From Raillietiella orientalis (Eukaryota), in contig JAYWIR010000048.1 in the NCBI GenBank assembly GCA_036172245.1, positions 620,001 to 684,000 on the forward strand: a stretch of 64,000 bases of DNA. Direction: 5' to 3'. This document shows positions 26,950 through 37,899 of the stretch, piece after piece. The first letter of the stretch is position 1; each line of letters opens with the position of its first letter. The position numbers were made by a program, and so were the translations under genes. The notes under the pieces are model-generated. The model made no database searches. It saw only the letters and a list, made by a program, of their open reading frames with translations, and had not been told where the DNA came from.

Positions 26950-27760
26950 AAGAATGTGCTCCGAAAGAAGCGAGTGGCGGATTTGGAAATCTTTATCGGT
27001 TTGCTTTATGTCACTATTTCTGTCCCGCCCTTCCATGCGTCCACGAAGATGATGATGACTGCTCAGGACAGTCTTCCGACTCGGAATACAGTCCTGGAAT
27101 GGTCGCGGAATACTGACCTGGTCCGTGGATGCATCCGAATTGCCTGTATTAGAGCATTAGGAGAGAGGAAACGTTCATATACATCCTAATAGGAGCTCAT
27201 GTGTCACGTGATCGTTTTGCAAAAGGATCACGTGGCTAATTGGGTTTTAACATTCATCAAAGAAACTATAGATGTGCTAAAGGTCACGAAAGACCTGGCA
27301 ATGCGCTCGGATACTCGCAAGTAGGAATGATAATCGAGTACAGTAATCCAAGTACAGTTATGTAAAATTGTTTGCGGCTTCGTCACCAAAGAGCCTCAGC
27401 TGTGAAAACGGTGTCTCGAGAAGTCCTTTGCCAGTACTCAGCAATGTTGTCATCAAACACGTGAGTGCGTTACTATTGCCCATTTTTCTTTATAAGATAA
27501 TGCACTCACACGCTTGAGACCAGAGTACCTAAAATATCTTAAAGGGAATCAGATCCTGAAAGGAACAGATTTTCCGGGAATAAACGAGAAGGGGTGTTGT
27601 TTAAGTATGCAGTTAGCAATGTAATGTTTGGTGCATTAATATCGAAGAAATGCATAGAACTGAAAATGCTGACACTCTGCGACAGTATTTTCAGAAGGGA
27701 ATGGGTCAGCCCAAATGTGGTCCAGGTTTTATTTTGAGTTTCCAGCTCTGCTAGTCCGGG
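26950..27760 (+). pseudogene. Rhabdovirus glycoprotein (G)-like EVE
   Basis: PGPWMHPNCLY*SIRREETFIYILIGAHVSRDRF...NYRC (27115-27280) parallels vesiculovirus G PGFPPQSCGYA...HHV.VD...NYIC. CCHQTRE and RPEYLKYLK...GTDF...VLFKY parallel LCQETW and SPVDLSYLAP...GTG...GTLKY. Confidence 0.5.
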
Positions 27761-28018
27761 CAAGGCACCAAAGAGATCGAGAGTGGGTTTGCCGTGCCGT
27801 GAGAATGGACAACCACTGGACACATATACACGAACATGATGATAGGATAGGAAAGCTCCATGCTAGCTTGCGACCAACCTAAAGCCTTTCGAAGGCCTGG
27901 AAGGCAACTGCGTGCCGGTGCGTTCCCGCTGGAGGTGAAAGGAACCGCATCATCGCATCTTGTGTGATCGTCATCACTGGTGGAACTCGTCCTGCGGTGT
28001 CCACTGGGAATGATTCCG

Positions 28019-28045
28019 TTTTTTTTTTTTTTTTTTTTTTTATTG
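28019..28045 (-). repeat. Poly(T) tract, probably the poly(A) tail of a minus-strand retroposed insertion
   Basis: Run of more than 20 T followed by TATT (AATA plus poly(A) on the minus strand). Confidence 0.5.
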
Positions 28046-28679
28046 AGTTCTCATCCCAGGGAGCTCCAACACTCCAATGTGCTGCAGTAGTGACCCGAGT
28101 TGGTGCGCAATTTCCATTCCGCCGAGTAAGGGAATGGGACTAGCTCTTTTTTTCAAGCTGGTTTAGTGGGAACCCTGCACTTTTGGTCTGATTCCTTCCA
28201 ACATAGTATTAGTGAGCCACCAGGAGACTTTTGTGGCTAACACTAATACTACCACTAATACTATGCAGTTGATTGCATGGTATTAGTGGCTTGTTTACAA
28301 AGCATATGCCATCATATGCCATCAAGGTAGGAAGGAAGAAAGCCGTGCAGCTCTCCGCTAACCAAGGTGTCGTGGTACTTGGAGGGGAATGCTATTGCCC
28401 AAGAGTGTGGGCTATCAACTATTTTGTTTCCTTAATTCGTCGGCCTTATATACACTGGTACTGGCTGGAATAGGTACAGTCCCAGTGGTTTAGGTAAATA
28501 CTTGCGCATAATGGAAACAAGATATCTTGAAATCAGTGGCTAGATATCGTCGCCACTGATTTGCAGTCCAGTAGACTCTTGCCAATAGTCTAGCTAGAGT
28601 CCGCTGATGGATTCTTCTGGACTATTTTGGCAACTAACTTGGTATCCGTATTGAATGGCGTGCGCGCCTGCGCAACTCT

Positions 28680-29440
28680 CTTGGATATTGGTGGTGGTCT
28701 TGGATGGGCGTGTGTGGGACCTTTGTCCGACCCTAGTCGTTGCGTGATAAACGCTTACACCTCAGTGGCTTTTAGCGAAACCCATGACGAGTAGCTTTCT
28801 TTGACAGTCTGGTCATCAAAACTCCATCGGCGACTTCGGCAGTTTTTTTTGTAACAGGATGGTTCACGAGGTATTGAAACGCGTTATGTAGGTAGGATTT
28901 TTTGTTTCTGTATGTTCCCGGGAATGAGGTGCCACAGCTGGGAGCACGATTCTTTCCTTGGGCTCTTTCACTGAGGATGGAACCTAGTCTGTGGTGACAG
29001 GTTGCCAGAAAGACATAGCCGTTTCTCCCGATGGCAGCATGCTTCAGATATTGAAGCATCGGTGTCCATATTCCTTAAAGAAGTCGACACGGCATTCGGA
29101 AAGAATTGTCTGAAGGGTTTTACTGTAGAGATGGAGCCTGCTACTCATCCACTGCTAATCTTTGGGTCAGGGCATGTCATCCTGAATCATTGCCCGCGTG
29201 CAGGTTTCTTGTCCCTTGAATCCTTTTACCTCTTAGAAGTCTCTTGATACCTCTGATTGTCCTATGCGAAGGGGACTCAGTGACATTTTCTGTTGTACCC
29301 AAGCATGTATGCTAGCAGTGCAATTACAGAGAAGATATTGGCCGATAACCCCCAGGCGGTGGCCGATATTCTCCTTGCATTCTTCTTTCAAATGGTTGCG
29401 CTCCAGATCTTGGAAAGCTTCCTTTATATGCAAAAGGAGT
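28680..29440 (+). pseudogene. Possible mononegavirus-type (xinmo/lispi-like) glycoprotein EVE, copy A
   Basis: Frameshifted Cys-rich segments RCHSWEHDSFLG, GFYCRDGACYSSTANLWV...PACRF and TEKILADNPQAVADILL occur in the order expected for class III viral glycoproteins. Confidence 0.35.
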
Positions 29441-29449
29441 AGGAGGCCA

Positions 29450-30224
29450 CGGCTCGAGGGGGAGGAGGAAGGGAGAAGCTATCCATAAGTGGCAACACTG
29501 CGGAGCCATGCACGAGGCTTAAGGACGGTCTCCCCCGCCACCGGTTGGATAATCTGCCTTCTCGACGGCCTCCTTAATGCCCGTAGCAAAGGCCTCCCTT
29601 CCCATGAGACACGTGGCTTCTTCGCACAGTCGCTTCTGCACTTATTGCGCACGATTTCCATTTTATCTCTGGATGATCGTCTTGGGCGCATAGGTGCGGG
29701 TGGTCAGCGAGGCTCGCCAGCGCAGGTTCGGACAGAAGCGGGCAGCTTCGTGCCTGTGGTGAGCATAAGAATCGGCCAAGGAAGGACGCGATACTGAAAT
29801 GCCTCTGTGTCATACTGGAACCTGAATACGAGGATGTCCTCTCCCAAGCCGTCAACACCTTGAATTTTGCCTCCCCTGTTCGGGCTCAAGGCGCCCTAGG
29901 CTTATAACCTTGCCGGACCGCTTGATTCTGGTGCGGACATTGCAGATCCAAATTGCATCTGCGATTCCATCACGGAACATTTTCATATTAAAGGCGAGCA
30001 ATGTCCTGTTCTCCGCCATTCACTCCCATTTGACTCTTCCTTCGACTCAAATCACTGTCAGGGTGAAATGCAGAAAGCTCATTAAGGTGGACTTCCCATA
30101 TATGTAAGTTTCTCATATCATATAAGATTTTTCCAATTTCTCGGAAGACTCCTTCTGTGTCCCAGAAATCTTCCCTTGGATGATCTGTTAGACATTCTGC
30201 CCCGAAGCTAACAGGACTCTCCAT
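29450..30224 (-). pseudogene. Orthomyxovirus nucleoprotein (NP)-like EVE, copy 1 (N-terminal half)
   Basis: REIGKILYDM...LSAF resembles influenza NP GIGRFYIQM...LSAF. Also present: RPSLADSYAHHRHEAARF, KRLCEEA (like ERMCN) and LRSVATYG*LLP (like [12 protein letters not shown]). Nucleotides 29740-29805 are visibly homologous to 31155-31220. Confidence 0.6.
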
Positions 30225-30309
30225 AACATTTATATTGGGATTTAGGTTGAGTCATTTCAGTTATTCGTGGGCAGTATTTAGCATAGTAAGGCTTCTGAAG
30301 GTGTGGTAC

Positions 30310-31850
30310 TAAACAGCATGGACATGCGAGCCAGCTGGAGCAGATCTGCTCAACGCAATTCTGAGTCTGGTCCTGAATTCCATCACCTCTATGGCCTTTC
30401 TTATTTCGTACAACAGTTGTAGGACGATTCCTGCAGTCCCTGCTGCTGACAAAAAGACAGCAAGCGGACAGTTGATGTCCGTAACTGACGTGCCACAAGA
30501 GATCACTGGCACACTGTCGTCGTACCGTTCAACGGACGAACCCTTTACTTTTAGGGGGGTAGCCTCCGGCACCTTTGGGACCCGTGCCAATATGGTGCGT
30601 TACAATTCCAGAAACTCTCTGGTTACAATTTGTAACATTTCTAAACAGCTGTTTAAATGTCGTACAATACTCGAACGTTGTGCATGTACTTGTTGCTGGA
30701 ATTGGGTACAATATGGTTCAAGGTCTCACCAGGGACTGGCTTGCTTTCTACGTCCCTTGTTCCTATAGCTCTGTAGCGAAACCGGTGCAGTCCGTTTACC
30801 GAAGCTTGTGTATCGAGTACCCAAGCAGCAGCGTGTACAAACTGAGGATGTTTGCATGCCGCCTTTGGACTTGTCAATACGGGAATACTTTGGGCCTCTG
30901 GTATCTCTCAATTCAAGGGTATACTGCTCATTTATGTCGGTATCTGCTGACCACGTTTTGGGCACACTTGCAACCACAATCAGCATTGATCATAAGATCA
31001 CAAATCCTAGCAAATCGTCGACATTTTCAGTGCTTGCCATAGGTAGGTCATAGGTCAAAAATTAAATTTTCCGAGAGAGATCGCATAAAATTCGATCGGA
31101 TACGAATAGGATCACTTCCGGAAATGCAATGCGCGGCTCCCATCTGCGATGGGAAGCGCGCAGCTTCGTGCTTGCAGGGAGCATACGAATCGCGCAAGGA
31201 CGGACGGATACCAAAAGACTCTTCGTGTGCTCCATCTGTGCCCTTCTCGATAAGCACAGCTACTTTTGTGATGTGCACCATGCGCAGTTCACCTTAGGAG
31301 CATTTGTTCCTTTTTTAGTTAAACTTTCATGGCATTTTTGAGAAACCTCCATGTAAGTTTGGTAGCTGATTTTGATTTTGCTTCCTTGCTCTCATGAAGT
31401 CTCCTAAAGACGTCAATTAGCTCGATAACTTTTAGGTTCATCCTTCCTTTTTTTTTTTTAACTGCATCGTTAATTTTGCTAGCCTCGGTTCTTCCCCTTT
31501 TAGCAAATTACCGATGGTCTAACTCGGCCTGGCTGCCTTGTTTAACCACTAATATCTCACGTGGCTATCTGCAAAGGTTATATCCATGCTGCTAATGGCT
31601 ATAGAGCACATTTACTCTGATTCCGCAACCAAGGATTATTGGTTCCTTCCATACATACAGTCTGCTTGAGGGATCAAATCTGCTTCTTGCATCCGTCATC
31701 CGCGTCTCTGTAAGGTTTGAGACAATTGCCTCCAAGAGTCTAGTCGTGTCCATCACATTCTTCATCCATATTGACACGCGTTTCACTCTGTGGAGGATGC
31801 TCTACCTCTGCTTTTTCACTTCTTGGTGTTTGCAGAATGCATTCTCGATC
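30310..31850 (-). pseudogene. Orthomyxovirus NP-like EVE, copy 2 (near full-length, ~1.5 kb)
   Basis: Colinear motifs: LLEAIVSNLTETR; FGIRPSLRDSY...HEAARFPSQMG; ENVDDLLGFVIL*SMLIVVASVPK (like [22 protein letters not shown]); HPQFVHAAAW...IGTRDVE (like KSQLVWMAC...LSTRGVQ). Confidence 0.65.
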
Positions 31851-31974
31851 TTAGCAGGGCAATCGAGGCAATGTCGCAGACCTCCTTTATCCTATCGGAA
31901 ATTCAGGGTTTCAGAACCCGAGCAGTCCCTGATACCTACTGCTCCGCTTGAATTGCTGAAGAGATATGCAGATA

Positions 31975-32370
31975 CTGGATGGGCATATGGGGGACCTTTG
32001 TCCCACCCTACCCGTTGCTTCATAACACCTCAGTGGCTTTTTAACGAAACCCCGTCCGGTCATCAAAACACCATCGGCGACTTCGGCAGCTTTTTTTTTG
32101 AAGCAGTGTGGTTCAGAGGTATTCCTCCATTGAAATGCGTTATGTAGGAACGAGTTTTGTTGTGTCTGTACGTTCCCGGGAATGAGGTGCCACGGCTGGG
32201 AGCACGATTCTTTCCTTGGGCTCTTTCACCCAGGTTGGGACCCCGTCTGTGGTGACAGGTTGCCGGTAAGACATAGCCGTTTCTCCCGATTGCAGCGTGC
32301 TTCGGATATTGAAGCCTCCTTGTCCATATTCCTTTTGTCCTTAAAGAAATCGATACGGCATTCGGAAGGA
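31975..32370 (+). repeat. Diverged duplicate (copy B) of 28700-29100, the putative glycoprotein EVE
   Basis: Direct nucleotide similarity, e.g. ccatcggcgacttcggcag, gttcccgggaatgaggtgccac, gctgggagcacgattctttccttgggctctttcac and agacatagccgtttctcccgat occur in both copies. Confidence 0.9.
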
Positions 32371-32499
32371 GTTCTCTGCTTTCTGCTTTCATTGCTTTCG
32401 TTTGAGCCTTCGTTGGGGTAGCTGTATCTTTTTTTGGTGACCGAATGTTCGGTGTTGACCGAACATTCTGCAGATTCATGAATGAAATGATTCACATTC

Positions 32500-33361
32500 T
32501 TATTCGACATATGTTGTGCTTTGGGCTTGTGTTTTGTGTTGCATCCATTGGAGTTCTTGGTTACATGGCCCACTATAAACTACCATTACTAATCCCCCAT
32601 AGTTGGTGCCTACTTAGGGAGTGATAGACTTCATTAGGGCCATGCTTCATTCTTCATACGTATGAGTTTCTTGGAATGGAACAGAATATGTAATAATGTT
32701 TGTAATTCTGAAGTTTAGAACTCGTATGTGTTCATTTTCCAGGTCTCGTTTTTCCTTTTCGGCAGGAAATATTCCTCTGGTGGTGATCAATGCTTTCCAT
32801 GAAAGCATTGCATCCTCATGCTCTAAAGACAAGCGTGATTCGGGTCTTAACCCGTCCCTGTCTTACATGCCAAAGCATCAATGTACTTTACACAGATTTG
32901 TCCGGATCTATTATACAACCTCTAACAGCTATCACAGGAGGTGTATACTGTGGATGTGCTCATCGTTCCAGTACGGATTCAGACCGTATTCGAAAACTTG
33001 CTATCCACGGAGGGGATGCATGCTCCTATACGTTGAAATTCTGATATTGTACTTCCATTCAAGAAATTCGGGTGTTTACGTCACAGCAAGCGCAGTTCAG
33101 TCTCAAGGAGGAATCTAACCTGTGTTTCAGCTGGGAGTACATAAATCCCGTTGATCGAATGAACCTGTGACTGGCAATCCCGAGTTTGGAGCACGTATTT
33201 GCCTCCACGCTCTCGGGCGTTTGGTGATTGATATTCATGCGGCCGAGTGCGTTCCAATCTACAGATTCAAAGAAGCAGAAAACTGTACCTCGGATGGCAG
33301 ATGCTATCGCTAATAACCAGAAAACGCACATTTTTTTTTGTGGACTGGCTCATCGGTTTTG
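32500..33361 (-). pseudogene. Orthomyxovirus PB2-like EVE fragments (two pieces)
   Basis: 33125-33361 reads HQTPESVEANTCSKLG/LPVTGSF (like [25 protein letters not shown]). 32730-32830 reads EDAMLSWKALITTRGIFP (like AYMLERELVRKTRFLP). Confidence 0.5.
33125..33361. repeat. ~240 bp near-identical direct repeat of 36204-36443
   Basis: Long identical runs such as tgattgatattcatgcggccgagtgcgttccaatctacagattcaaagaagcagaaaactgtacctcggat occur in both places. Confidence 0.95.
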
Positions 33362-33699
33362 AGGAGCTCAGCGTTGTTATAATTTGCTCTCTCCGACGGA
33401 AGTCAGGGAAAATATCTTCCCCGAAATGCTGATTGCTCCCAAACACTTTCTACTTAAAAAACGGGAGCAATTTATAAGGAGATTGTAGATATTTGTAATC
33501 TTGGAAAGCAAAGAGTGCTGATCGTTTCAAGTCCTAATACAACTGCAACTTCAGAATCTGTACCTCATGAGGTCTAGGATCACATATTGGATGAGGGGGG
33601 CAGCTCCATCGCAACCTGGTCCAATCGATAGGATTGGGAGTTTCAACCGTCAACCGCGACGGCTGAACCAACCAAAGCGTCTCCATTTTGCCTGCGGTC

Positions 33700-34100
33700 G
33701 TAGCGTCCACGTTTGGCTGCTGGATTCAGGGTTCCCTAACTGAATCTGCTTCCTAAGCACTCAGTCTGAGCCAGCATCAGAGGACAGAGCAGCTTCGTAG
33801 CGTAGTTCACCTGCCGTCCCCTGTGATGCCCTGGTCTGGAACAGAACGCAGTACGGGTCTGCCTACCTCCTCACCGAGACGTCAAGGAACTGATTTCTGA
33901 ACCTGCCTTCTTCCTCGGTCCACGTGAAGGTTGAGGCCTTTCTTTCTTGCTCGGTGCTTCCTGCTACTCCGCAGCTTTGCGTTCGCTCTTCTGTTCGAAA
34001 TACCTCTTTGAATATGCCATTGGGAAAGGAAATCTTCTGTTCCAGTGTTTTTCACGTTGTCCTCCTGGTTTCTGCAGTTTTGCTCAGTCGTTCACTGTTG
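33700..34100 (-). mobile_element. Gag-like ORF1 fragment of a non-LTR element, homologous to 37950-38230
   Basis: Shared nucleotide block cctgtgatgccc.ggtctggaacag.acgcag.acgggtctgcct.cctcctcac at ~33820 and ~38035. Confidence 0.5.
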
Positions 34101-34329
34101 CCCCTTTGCATGGGGCTTCGACGTGGAGCTTCGAAGTGTATGAACACAGGAACACACGCTACACGCCTATTCAACGATAAAAAGACACACCCAGCGCAAC
34201 GTGGTGTAGGGGTGCTCCCGGTGAGATTAACTGGGTTTGGAGATTTTGTTATTGGTGTGACACAGCACCGTACTGAATGATCAGCAGTGACTGGTTCTTA
34301 AACAGCTGGTAACCAAACGTTACCGCTTG

Positions 34330-35190
34330 GCCAAAGTGTGCCACATCGTTATTGACTAGGGACTCGGCCCTTAGTTTACTGTTGACAGCCCTGATCGTCG
34401 GGCTGTCATTCTCAACAGGTCCTACAATAACAGCCTGTGAATTGGATCCGCTCTCTGACAGCTGGAAAAAGTAAATCTCGGAGTTCTTGAAAGTCTAAGT
34501 CTAAGTCGGATGGAGCTCAAAGACTCCAGAATCGACGAGACTGACTTAAAGGAGTTGTATGTTGAAATCAGTTCCCTGAGGATGGTGAGGGAAATAACTC
34601 AGTTTCAGTCACTCATGGCATTTAGTTGTCAGGATGTAAAAGAGCTTCATCCCGTAGTGCCCTAACCTGCCAAAGCCCTAATAAATTTGGGTTGGCCACG
34701 AATCCGTTGTGCAATTGGACGCGTCGTCCGAAGGCCAGCGCGGACCATGCCAATCGCGGTTCCCAGGCACGGGATTTCTTCGTATTGGTTGTGAGAATCG
34801 TTTGAAATCACCCCGTATAGACCTGGAACTCCATCCACAGTTGTAGTTGGCATAGGGGGGAACTCGGATTGTAGGTGCTGTTCAGTTTTCAGCTGAGTGG
34901 TTCCCAGCCCTGCGAGGTAGAGCCGTAGAGGCTCGGGAACACAAACCCTGTGTTGAGGCTAGTCGCGGGAGGACCTGTTTTGCGGTCAGCTTTTGAGTTC
35001 GATTTCAGGTTCATTATCCTGAGCCACGCCAGGGCAGTTGCGTAGTAATCGAATGTCTCAGTTCTTGACCATATTTGCTTCATAGGCCCTAAACTCTTGA
35101 GAAACGTATCGAGCTAGCTCACTGTGGCAGCCAGCGATGGGCGCTGAGTCGTGCGGAAGGACCGACTTCACGGACGGGACATATCCTGCT
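34330..35190 (-). pseudogene. Partiti-like virus capsid protein EVE
   Basis: ETFDYYATALAWLRIMNLK (34889-35083) is followed by PTTTVDGVPGLYG...DSHNQYEEIPCLG (34662-34853). This matches the arthropod partiti-like capsid signatures YYAxALxWLR and LPT...G..G...THNLYEE.PxLG. Confidence 0.75.
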
Positions 35191-35419
35191 TAAATATGAC
35201 GTCTGCGAAGGGATCTTCCTCTACAAAACTCCTTCCTTTTAGGATAGGAGAAGTGTACCATCGTTGGTGGTCGTAACGAAGCAGGCACAGGTCCGAGCTT
35301 TTTGCCTGGGAATCTTATTTCCTGCCTATGGAGAAAGGACTGCAGTTCCTTCTTGCGGTTAGCATTGGGTATTGCCTTCTGGATCTTTTGTCCGAAGGAT
35401 TTCATCTCCTGAGAGGTGT

Positions 35420-35980
35420 TGCTCTTGTAAAACCGATGCTCAGGTCAGAGGCACACAAAAGGGCAAATGCGAAGGGAAGCAGAGAATTAAAATACTCCAT
35501 GGATATACAATGGACATCTTCGGAAGATGGTCCTTTTTTATGTGGGGATTGCGGGATAATTGCATGCACGACAGACGTGTCAGCTGGTCGGGTTGCGTTG
35601 CAGGCGAAGGCAGTTTTGGCTTTGATAATTCTAATTTGACTGCACACCACCTTTGCACAGTTTGTCTTTACTGTGTACAACATTATCCACGATGCATCAG
35701 TCTTATGTGCTCCATTAGAAAGTCCTGCACTTACGTGATGACCTAACCTTACGGAGCAAGTTGCTATCACGCTCGTTTACAGTTCTCCTATATCCAGAAG
35801 AGGGGCGGCAGCTATGTGGCAAAACGACGTTCAGCTTCAACGTGAATTGCTAGCTAGTTTACGTCGATTGCAATGTCCTGCGCTATACACTATATTCGCA
35901 CCCCGTGGGCATGTGCCATGTGGGTTCATCGGTCATGGTCCCGAGTTCAAACAATCCCTAATACATACGGTTCTAAGAAA
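35420..35980 (-). pseudogene. Possible viral glycoprotein N-terminal EVE fragment
   Basis: Stop-riddled minus frame ELGTMTDEPTWHMPTGCEY...LNVVLPHS...GY...KCRTF*WST...LCK. The Cys spacing is like mononegavirus G. Weak. Confidence 0.25.
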
Positions 35981-36099
35981 TCATATCACCTCCATCGTGG
36001 GACATCTCAAGCCGCTCTTTACCCTTTCTTTCGTGGAGGCATTCAAATCAGCTGCTGTGCTACGGCAGACAATTCATAATGACCTCCTCTGAGGATAAT

Positions 36100-36640
36100 C
36101 CAGAGGCTGCTCTGTGAGCGACGTATTCAATACCTCCGTCATCAAGATGCGGGAGGTAATCAGACCAATCAGTCTCAGTGGTTCTCAGAAATCTACCCGG
36201 AAGTTTCAGCCAGGAGTGCATAAATCCGTTGATCGAATAAACCTGTGACTGGCAATCCCGAGTTTGGAGCACATATTTGCCTCCATGCTCTCGGGCGTTT
36301 GATGATTGATATTCATGCGGCCGAGTGCGTTCCAATCTACAGATTCAAAGAAGCAGAAAACTGTACCTCGGATAGCAGATGCTATCGTTAATAACCAGAA
36401 AACGTACACTTTTCCTCCTCTATGCACTGGCTTATCGGTTTTGGTCAGGTCAAGTGCGCTGCTGGACTCTAGGCAGATGACCTACCCAAAGACGCCCAAC
36501 AGCCTTTTCCATGGTCATGTCTTCAAAGGTTCCATGTGCTCTATGTTTCTCCTCATCTTTTCGGTAAGAAATACTCTTCTGGTGGAACTTACTATTTTGC
36601 ATGAAAGCGTTGCATCCTCACACGTCATACGTTGAGGAAA
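36100..36640 (-). pseudogene. Orthomyxovirus PB2-like EVE (mid region)
   Basis: Colinear with influenza PB2 mid domain: KIVSSTRRVFL (like RELVRKTRFL), NIEHMEPLKT*PWK (like YIEVLHLTQGTCWE), QTPESMEANMCSKLG/LPVTGLF...AETSG (like [23 protein letters not shown]...KRTSG). Confidence 0.55.
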
Positions 36641-37899
36641 GTTCCCGAGTAGCGGGAACTACGGGAAGAACGAAAGTTTTAACGTCATGATCTCGGGGTG
36701 CATGCATTGCCATATTCAACTCCGAAGAATGGATCGGAATTGCTAACCTAATCGCAGTCCAAAGAGGTCCATCTGGCTAGGATCAGATATTGATCGACAG
36801 AGAGAGCAAGTTGGTTCTCTTCGATAGGGTGGGACCATGTTGCACCAGTTGAGCCGAGTGACCAACAAAAACAGCCTTTCCTGCGAAGTTTGCCTGAGGC
36901 TGTGTTGAGGAAGACCAACCGATTGTGGAAGTAGCTGGGACGTTTGCTACCATCTGCCTATCAGCTTTCTTGCAGACTCCCAGGTCGCTGTGCGTGAGAA
37001 CATCATATTGCTCACGTTATTCACACGTTTCGTTCCATCACTGCACATGGCTCAATTCGTGATTGCTGGATAACCTCGCTCAAAGCTCAAAGTCTCCGAT
37101 TTGTAAGCAGCGAAATTGCAGCTCTCTCTCATTTTTATTTGGATAATTTTCTGCACTTGTGCATACACGGTTCTTTCTTCCGATGTGTACCAAGAGTTCC
37201 AGGCTCTTGGGTGCAAGGTGGGACCATGTTGACGACACGTCGCAGGTTTTGCACTGTGACGTGTCGTCAAACGTCGAACGTGGGTCGAATACCGTATCAT
37301 CACTCATATGCAGCGGCAGCTCATACTGAGTCCAGGGATTTCATTTGTTTTTTTTCTTCCTATATCCAGCGAAATCTTCCTCCGCGATGGAATGACGCAT
37401 CCGGGATTACGGAAGGGGACTGTGCTCATCCAGCATCCGGTAGGGAAGCAGACCTGGTTTTGCACAGTTTGTCGCCAGAAATGTATGCACTCATAAAAAA
37501 GCAGATTAAAATTTTATGGAGCTCGGGGCATACATTCTGAACATTATTACAGGCGGCGCTCAATTGTGTTTCCTTGTATTTCTTCCTGAATATTGAATTC
37601 TACTGCTGGAGACAGGACAGCTCTCATAAATAAACCGAGCACTTTGTTTTGACAAATGCCACTTGAAATTGCGATAAAGAGGCCAATTTAATATCCGTTT
37701 GTTTTGCCTACTGCCAGATATGCTGGTGCTTTCGGGAAATATAAGCAAGGGAATGCATCTGCAGATGCAGTAAAAAAAAAAAAAAAAAAAAGGCCTCAGT
37801 TCGTTCCCCCAATATCGGTGTTTTCTACAAACACTCGGCATGCTGCTAGCATTGAAGCACAACGGGGCATTCCAAGGAAGAGCATCTATCCTTCAACGG

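Noticed and set aside
28676..28710. LLDIGGGLG as a SAM-dependent methyltransferase motif
   Set aside because: It is isolated, absent from the duplicate at 31975 and followed by a stop. There is no supporting fold.
29988..30224. EVHLN as a mononegavirus L-protein N-terminus
   Set aside because: Downstream sequence is homologous to the NP-like copy at 31.2 kb and carries NP motifs, so NP fits better.
30208..30590. Hydrophobic stretch plus CPCC...CP as a bunyavirus Gn transmembrane/zinc-finger tail
   Set aside because: The region is colinear with the C-terminus of the NP-like EVE, and the Cys motif is in another frame.
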